Source: an uncultured bacterium (GTDB lineage: Bacteria > Planctomycetota > UBA1135 > GCA-002686595). Taken from it: DNA of 64,000 nucleotides. The stretch lies in contig CALSNU010000006.1 in NCBI GenBank assembly GCA_943787795.1, positions 224,001-288,000 of the forward strand. The letters run 5' to 3'. The position numbers and the translations under genes are program-made. Under the pieces are notes generated by a model that saw nothing but the letters and a program-made list of their open reading frames with translations, was not told the origin of the DNA and made no database searches. Positions 58,643-64,000 of this stretch are shown piece by piece. Every line of letters starts with the position of its first letter. Positions within the stretch are counted from its first letter, which is position 1.

Positions 58643-60319
58643 TCAGAGCTGGGCGCCATCGACCAGCTCAAGCGCCGTCACCAACGCCTCCAGCTGAAGC
58701 GCCTCGCGCCTCGCCGAGGGCCCCAGGCCCGCCTGGTCAGGCGGTGCCAGCTGGATCAAATGGTCCGGCTCCAGACCCCGGGCCTGAAAGTGCTCGCAGG
58801 GCTCGAGCATGCCGCCAGCGCCCCCGACCTTGAAGAGCGACCCGTCCGGCCCGCGGAGGGCCGTGACCGCCAGCTCCGCGCCCACGGTCCGCTCCCCCAC
58901 GAGCCGCGCCCCCCCGATGGCCCTCATCGAACAGGCGAGGATCTCACCGGAGCTGGCGGTGCCTTGATCCACGAGCACGAGCAAGTTGCGGGGGAGCACA
59001 CAGGGAACCTCGACGCGCACCTGCTGCGCCGACCATCGCTCCAGGATCGGAATGAACCCCCAGCGGGTTCCCTCGCGCACGGCCCGAACCTCATGGGGGA
59101 TCAACGGGAACTCCTCCGGCAAGAAGAAGCTGAGCATCGTCCCCAGATCCAACCACCTGCCCCCGTGATTCTGGGTCAGGTCCACCACCCAGTCCTCGTA
59201 GGGCCCGAGCTCCTCCATCACGGCCCGCAGCCGCTCGAGCAGCTGCTCGTCCCGCTCGGCCGGGACGGCTCCACCGGGCCAGTCGGTTCGCTCGAAGTCC
59301 CCCATCCGCAGGTACCCGACCCGACGCCCGCCAGGTGAGGTCAGGACCTTCGCCTCGAGACCGTACTCGCGCGCCAGCGCCCCCTCGACGCCCCCGACGG
59401 GCGCGGCGGACCTCAGGATCTGCCGTCGCCGGAGGCGCTGCGCCTCGGCCTCGACGTTGACGGACCAGGCGCGGCGCGGCAAGGGCACCTCCGGGTCGAG
59501 GATCCGGGCCAGCCGCCGCGGTCCAAACGGTCCCTCGTACTCGTCCTTGTCGGGCTCCCATACTCTCCCCGCGTTCCGAAACAACCCGAGGGTGACGCCC
59601 TCGCCGTCCAGCGTCCCCGACACCTGGACGCATGACCCCAGCGCCCCATCAAGCAGCAGCATGGCGCCGTGGGGGGACCTCACCGAGACACCTTCCACCG
59701 TATCGAGGGTCATCCAGCGCATGGGAGCACCGGAACCGGCTCGAGAGGTGGCGCTCCGGGCCAGCAGGCGAGCGCTCGCTGCTCGCTCCCCCGCCGCCAC
59801 CTTGTCCCCGATCCCGTCCAGCCACCCATCGAGCGCCTCCGCGAGTCCTGCCGGGGTCCGAACGGACTCGGCGGGGAGCGCCAGCCAGACCTCCCCATCG
59901 GCGACCGTCACCGCGCAGCGCTCTGGCGTCGCCAACGGTCCGCTCCAGAATCGCTCCGAGGCGACAAGGGAGGCGTGCGGGTCGTCAAGGTCCGCGGCCA
60001 TGCGGCGGAGCACTCCATAGAAGTCCTCGGGACTGGACGCGGCGATGGCCTCCGCGCGATGGTCCTCTCGCAGCGCCGTCAGGGTCGTCTCCGACGACGA
60101 CATGCCCCCGAACTCATCCTCGATGAAGTCGAGATAGGCGTCCACGGTGGCCGAGCGAAGACGGTCATCGAGGACGCCCTCGTCCAGGGATCGACAGGAG
60201 CCAAGGACGAGCAGGGTGAGCAGGAGACTCAACCCGGCGCAGGCGACGGGTCGCCTGCGTTCAAGGGGCGGCGCCGACGGCGCCCTGCCAGGCGCGTCAG
60301 CCCGGTCAGCCCGCGGCAT
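58643..60319 (-). CDS. S41-family peptidase, putative lipoprotein
   Basis: LDDPH, VGYLRM..F, DLTQNHGG, TASSGE, VGERTVG, GLEPD; LVLGSC lipobox; start uncertain. Confidence 0.8.
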   Translation of the reverse strand: MPRADRADAPGRAPSAPPLERRRPVACAGLSLLLTLLVLGSCRSLDEGVLDDRLRSATVDAYLDFIEDEFGGMSSSETTLTALREDHRAEAIAASSPEDFYGVLRRMAADLDDPHASLVASERFWSGPLATPERCAVTVADGEVWLALPAESVRTPAGLAEALDGWLDGIGDKVAAGERAASARLLARSATSRAGSGAPMRWMTLDTVEGVSVRSPHGAMLLLDGALGSCVQVSGTLDGEGVTLGLFRNAGRVWEPDKDEYEGPFGPRRLARILDPEVPLPRRAWSVNVEAEAQRLRRRQILRSAAPVGGVEGALAREYGLEAKVLTSPGGRRVGYLRMGDFERTDWPGGAVPAERDEQLLERLRAVMEELGPYEDWVVDLTQNHGGRWLDLGTMLSFFLPEEFPLIPHEVRAVREGTRWGFIPILERWSAQQVRVEVPCVLPRNLLVLVDQGTASSGEILACSMRAIGGARLVGERTVGAELAVTALRGPDGSLFKVGGAGGMLEPCEHFQARGLEPDHLIQLAPPDQAGLGPSARREALQLEALVTALELVDGAQL

Positions 60320-61334
60320 AGCCGGCCGGGTGCTCCGAATGGAAGGCCCACGCGTCCCGGATGACATCGCGGACGTCTCCCCTCGCGGGGCGCCAGCCGA
60401 GGACATCGAACGCCCGCGACCCGCCCGCGACCAGCATGGCTGGATCCCCCTCACGCCGCGCCACGATCTCCGCCGGGATCTCGTGGCCCGTGATCTCGCG
60501 CGCGGCCTCGATGATCTCCATCACGGTGAAGCCGTTGCCCGTGCCGAGGTGACACTCGAGATCACCCCGTCCAGCCTGCAGGTGAGACAGCGCCCGCAGG
60601 TGCGCGTCCCCGAGGTCGTCCACGTGGATGTAGTCCCGGATGCAGGTGCCGTCGCGGGTCTCGTAGTCGTCTCCGAAGACCATGATCTTCTCCCGCTGGC
60701 CGAGCGCGACCTCGAGGACCAGGGGAATCAGGTGCGTCTCAGGGCTATGGTCCTCCCCGATCCCGCCTGCGGTTGCTGCCCCCGCCGCATTGAAGTAGCG
60801 CAGGGCGGCATAGCGCATGCCGTAGGCCCGGGAGTAGTCCCGCATCATGTGCTCCATGTGGAGCTTGGTGCGGCCGTAGGGGTTGATCGGGTCCTGGGGG
60901 TGATCGTCCGGGATGGGCACCTCCCGGGGCTCGCCGTAGGTGGCGCAGGTGGAAGAGAAGACGATGTCGGTCACGCCTGCTGACCGCATCTCCTCGAGCA
61001 GGTTCCAGGTGTAGTGCACGTTCTCCCGGTAGTAGATCGCCGGGTCCGTCACCGACTCCCCCACGTAGCACTTGGCGGCGAAGTGGATCACCGCCGAGGG
61101 CCGGTGGGCCTCGAGCGCTGCGGCGATCGCCTCACGGTCCCCGAGGCTGCCCACCACCAGAGGCGCGCTGATGGCCTCCGCGTGCCCGGTCGAGAGGTCA
61201 TCGAAGACCGAGACCTCCACCCCGCGCCGCTGAAGCAACGCGACGCAGTGACTGCCGATGTAGCCAGCGCCTCCGACGACGAGGACAGGGCCCTTGGGCT
61301 GGGTGAGATCGACGGCGCTGGTTTCGGGAGTCAT
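60306..61334 (-). CDS. galE: UDP-glucose 4-epimerase
   Basis: GGAGYIGSH, HFAA, FSSTCATYG, YGRTK, LRYFNAAG, DGTCIRDYIHV. Confidence 0.96.
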   Translation of the reverse strand: MTPETSAVDLTQPKGPVLVVGGAGYIGSHCVALLQRRGVEVSVFDDLSTGHAEAISAPLVVGSLGDREAIAAALEAHRPSAVIHFAAKCYVGESVTDPAIYYRENVHYTWNLLEEMRSAGVTDIVFSSTCATYGEPREVPIPDDHPQDPINPYGRTKLHMEHMMRDYSRAYGMRYAALRYFNAAGAATAGGIGEDHSPETHLIPLVLEVALGQREKIMVFGDDYETRDGTCIRDYIHVDDLGDAHLRALSHLQAGRGDLECHLGTGNGFTVMEIIEAAREITGHEIPAEIVARREGDPAMLVAGGSRAFDVLGWRPARGDVRDVIRDAWAFHSEHPAGYAAG

Positions 61335-62761
61335 GACGAACAGAGCCTACCCCCCGCGACGGCCAGATCCTTCCAGAACCCAGGCCATGACTTGCGGACG
61401 CAGCCCGGTTCGAGGCACACGATTCGCGCCTCAAAGAGGGAGAGGAGGGCCCCGAAGAACACCATCCTGTGATCGCCCTCGGGGTTCAGTTGAAGCGCCT
61501 CCCTCCGCCCTCCAGGCGCGGGCGGCTCATCGCTGATCGTGAGCGACGCGCTTCCCTGCTCGACCCCGAGCCCGAGCGCACGCAGCCCGGTCGCGAGGAC
61601 CGAGATCCGGTCACACTCCTTACCCGGGAGGGTCTCGAGTCCAGTCAACGCAGAGCCGCCGAGACCGCGAAGGGCCACAAAGGCCGCGACCGCCGCGAGC
61701 ACGGGTGCGAGGTCGGGGAACGGCCCGCAGTCGATCCGCGCCCCGCGACTCGGTGTCCCCGTCGCCACCAGGCGATCGCGCCCGCTGCCCTCGACGGAGC
61801 ACCCGAACGCCTGGAGACAGGGGACGATGGCCACATCCGGCTGCAGCGAGCCCGTCCCGATCCCATCAACCCAGGTCCTCTCCCCACCCGTGAGCACGCC
61901 AGCGGCGAGGGCCACCGCAGCCGCGCTCGCGTCCGGCTCACAGGCGAAGGGCGACGCGGGCGCGGTCAGGGGCCCGCGGATGGTGAAGAGTGTCCCGGCC
62001 TCCCCAGCGGTGTCCGAAGCCAGCGCCTCGGCCCGAACGGAGCCCCCGAACCGGCCCAGGACCCCGACCGTCATGTCCACGTAACCACGGCTGGGGATCG
62101 GCCCAAGCACCCGCAGCCGGCGCTCGCCCGCGTGGGACGCCATGGCCAGCAGGAGCCCGCTGACCTCCTGGCTGGAGACAGGGTGACGCAGCTCCACGGA
62201 GTCCCGCGGCGTCGCGGCGGTGAAGAGGGCCGGCCAGCGATCCGGGGCGCCCGCGGGCTCGACCCCCGCACCCGCCCCGCGCAGGGCTTCAAACAGCGGC
62301 CCGCTCGACCGCGAGCTCAGGGTCCCCGCGGGCACGACCTCGGAGCCGCTGCCCTCGGGACGCGCCAGGGCTCCGAGGGCCGAGAACAGTCGAGCGCAGG
62401 TCCCTGACTCTCCGGGCTCCAACCGGGCCCATGGCCTGGCGGCGCCCTCCGGCGAGGGCGGATCGCCCACGATCTGGCCCTCACCACCGCTTCGCAGCAG
62501 CGCCGCTGCCAGGGGATCGTCCGGTCGTTGTCCTCCGGGGAAGCGCGCGCCAAGGGCCCTCGCGCAGCGCAGGGCCCCGACCACATCGTCCGACGACGGC
62601 AGGCCTCCGAGCCGGGTGAGGCCCCTTGCCACCGAGGCCGCTGCGAGGATCCTCTGCGCCATCGACTTCGAGCCGGGCACCCGCACGGGCCCCGCGATGA
62701 CAGACCCCTCGAGGAAGCCCGCAGCGCGGGCGAGGAGCGGGTCAGTGCGGTCAGGGTTCAA
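61331..62761 (-). CDS. aroA: 3-phosphoshikimate 1-carboxyvinyltransferase
   Basis: PGSKS, ESGT, SSQ, YVDMT, PDL, KECDRI, DHRM, KSWPGFW; TTG start approximate. Confidence 0.9.
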   Translation of the reverse strand: MNPDRTDPLLARAAGFLEGSVIAGPVRVPGSKSMAQRILAAASVARGLTRLGGLPSSDDVVGALRCARALGARFPGGQRPDDPLAAALLRSGGEGQIVGDPPSPEGAARPWARLEPGESGTCARLFSALGALARPEGSGSEVVPAGTLSSRSSGPLFEALRGAGAGVEPAGAPDRWPALFTAATPRDSVELRHPVSSQEVSGLLLAMASHAGERRLRVLGPIPSRGYVDMTVGVLGRFGGSVRAEALASDTAGEAGTLFTIRGPLTAPASPFACEPDASAAAVALAAGVLTGGERTWVDGIGTGSLQPDVAIVPCLQAFGCSVEGSGRDRLVATGTPSRGARIDCGPFPDLAPVLAAVAAFVALRGLGGSALTGLETLPGKECDRISVLATGLRALGLGVEQGSASLTISDEPPAPGGRREALQLNPEGDHRMVFFGALLSLFEARIVCLEPGCVRKSWPGFWKDLAVAGGRLCSS

Positions 62762-62851
62762 GGTGCGATAGAGGGGGGCCTGAGTGCCCAAGGCTAACGT
62801 TCCCGGACCCGGGATTCGCGGTCCGGCTCCGCCTTGCCTATCGTTCTCCCC

Positions 62852-63754
62852 ATGACTGACGTCTATCTGGGCCGTGAGGACCGGCCAACGGGCCTCGAGC
62901 AGATCGCCTCGGGCAAGGTGCGAGACATCTACGGCCTCGATCCTGACCATCTGCTCTTCGTGACCACGGACCGCGTCTCCGCCTTTGATGTGGTGATGGA
63001 CGAGGGCGTCCCCATGAAGGGCAAGGTGCTCACCGCCATCGCGGCCCACTGGTTCGAGCGGACCCGTGACCTGACGCCAAACCACCTCGTGAGCACCTGC
63101 GTGGATGACGCCGAGGGGCTCGACGAGTCCTGGAAGGAGCGGCTGCGCGGTCGCGTCATGATCGTGCGCCGCGCCAAGCCAGACCCCATCGAGTGGGTCG
63201 TGCGTGGGCATATCGCGGGGTCGGGCTGGAAGGAGTACCGGCAGTCCCAGACGATCTGTGGCATCCCGCTGCCTGCCGGCCTCTCCCTTGCCGAGGAGCT
63301 GCCAGAGCCGATCGTGACCCCCACCACGAAGCACGAGGCCCACGACCGACCGCTGACCCCCGACCAGGCCCGGGACCTCGTGGGTGAGGATCGATGGGAG
63401 CACGGCAAGGCCCTCTGCCTCGCGCTCTTCGAGCGGGGCCGCCAGCAGCTCGCGCCGCTCGGCCTCCGCCTCGCGGACACCAAGTTCGAGCTTGGCGTTC
63501 GGGACGATGAGCCCCTCTTGATCGACGAGGCCCTGACCCCTGACTCCTCACGCATGTGGGACGAGGGCGACTACCGGGTGGGGATCAGCCCGCCCAGCTT
63601 CGACAAGCAGATCCTTCGGGACTGGCTCGAGACCCTCGACTGGGACAAGGAGTACCCCGCGCCACCGCTCGACCCCACCATCGTGGCGCGCGTAACGGCC
63701 CGCTACCTCGAGGTGTGCGAGCGAATCACCGGAGAAGAGCTCGTCCCCGCCTGA
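62852..63754 (+). CDS. purC: Phosphoribosylaminoimidazolesuccinocarboxamide synthase
   Basis: GKVRDIY, TDRVSAFDV, TPTTK, ADTKFELG, DEALTPDSSR, SFDKQ. Confidence 0.96.
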   Translation: MTDVYLGREDRPTGLEQIASGKVRDIYGLDPDHLLFVTTDRVSAFDVVMDEGVPMKGKVLTAIAAHWFERTRDLTPNHLVSTCVDDAEGLDESWKERLRGRVMIVRRAKPDPIEWVVRGHIAGSGWKEYRQSQTICGIPLPAGLSLAEELPEPIVTPTTKHEAHDRPLTPDQARDLVGEDRWEHGKALCLALFERGRQQLAPLGLRLADTKFELGVRDDEPLLIDEALTPDSSRMWDEGDYRVGISPPSFDKQILRDWLETLDWDKEYPAPPLDPTIVARVTARYLEVCERITGEELVPA

Positions 63755-63780
63755 GAAGCCACCGCGGCGGCTCGGAGGCC

Positions 63781-63852
63781 CAGCAGAGAGTTCAGCAGAG
63801 CGTTCATCAGAGAGTTCAGCAGGGCTTTCAGCAGGGATCCCAGCAGGAGACC
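63781..63852. repeat. 12-bp degenerate tandem repeat (CAGCAGAGAGTT), 6 units
   Basis: Direct reading, just downstream of the purC stop. Confidence 0.85.
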
Positions 63853-64000
63853 GGCTCGAAGACCCGTCCGAAGGCCGCCCGCTGCCGGGTGCCCCATTCG
63901 CCCGTGGCCACCTGTGCCCACCCATGGCCACCCGCAAGCCGAGCGAGGTCAAGACCGGGCCCCCCCCTCCGGGGCAGGGGCCCGTCCAACGGGATAGGCT

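Noticed and set aside
62762..63403. N-terminal extension making AroA a 690-aa fusion
   Set aside because: The extension is the antisense of purC; AroA motifs begin near 62700.

Overview
This is a high-GC chromosomal window (roughly 70% by eye), most likely from a Planctomycetota bacterium. The lineage is inferred from the double-length UvrA, CRTAC1/ASPIC-UnbV and HEAT-repeat proteins, and a Saltatorellus-type secreted-protein domain. It is mostly housekeeping: tRNA-Leu(CAA), cvpA, sdhCAB, purM, dxr-rseP-UbiA, cca, thiL/thiE/tsaE, ahpC, suhB, dacB, galE, aroA and purC. Main points of interest: (1) a dif-like XerCD site at 5287-5314, suggesting the replication terminus; (2) a translationally coupled double-length UvrA - XPB helicase - XPB-partner trio heading a ~21 kb operon, a candidate non-canonical repair module; (3) two tandem paralogous secreted HEAT-repeat proteins with a shared C-terminal motif; (4) a ~135-aa Cys-containing domain that is C-terminal in one secreted protein and N-terminal in a cytochrome c; (5) several apparent pseudo-enzymes; (6) many 12-18 bp tandem duplications seeded at gene and tRNA ends. 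No CRISPR array, integrase or transposase was seen. All assignments come from reading motifs by eye, not from database searches.
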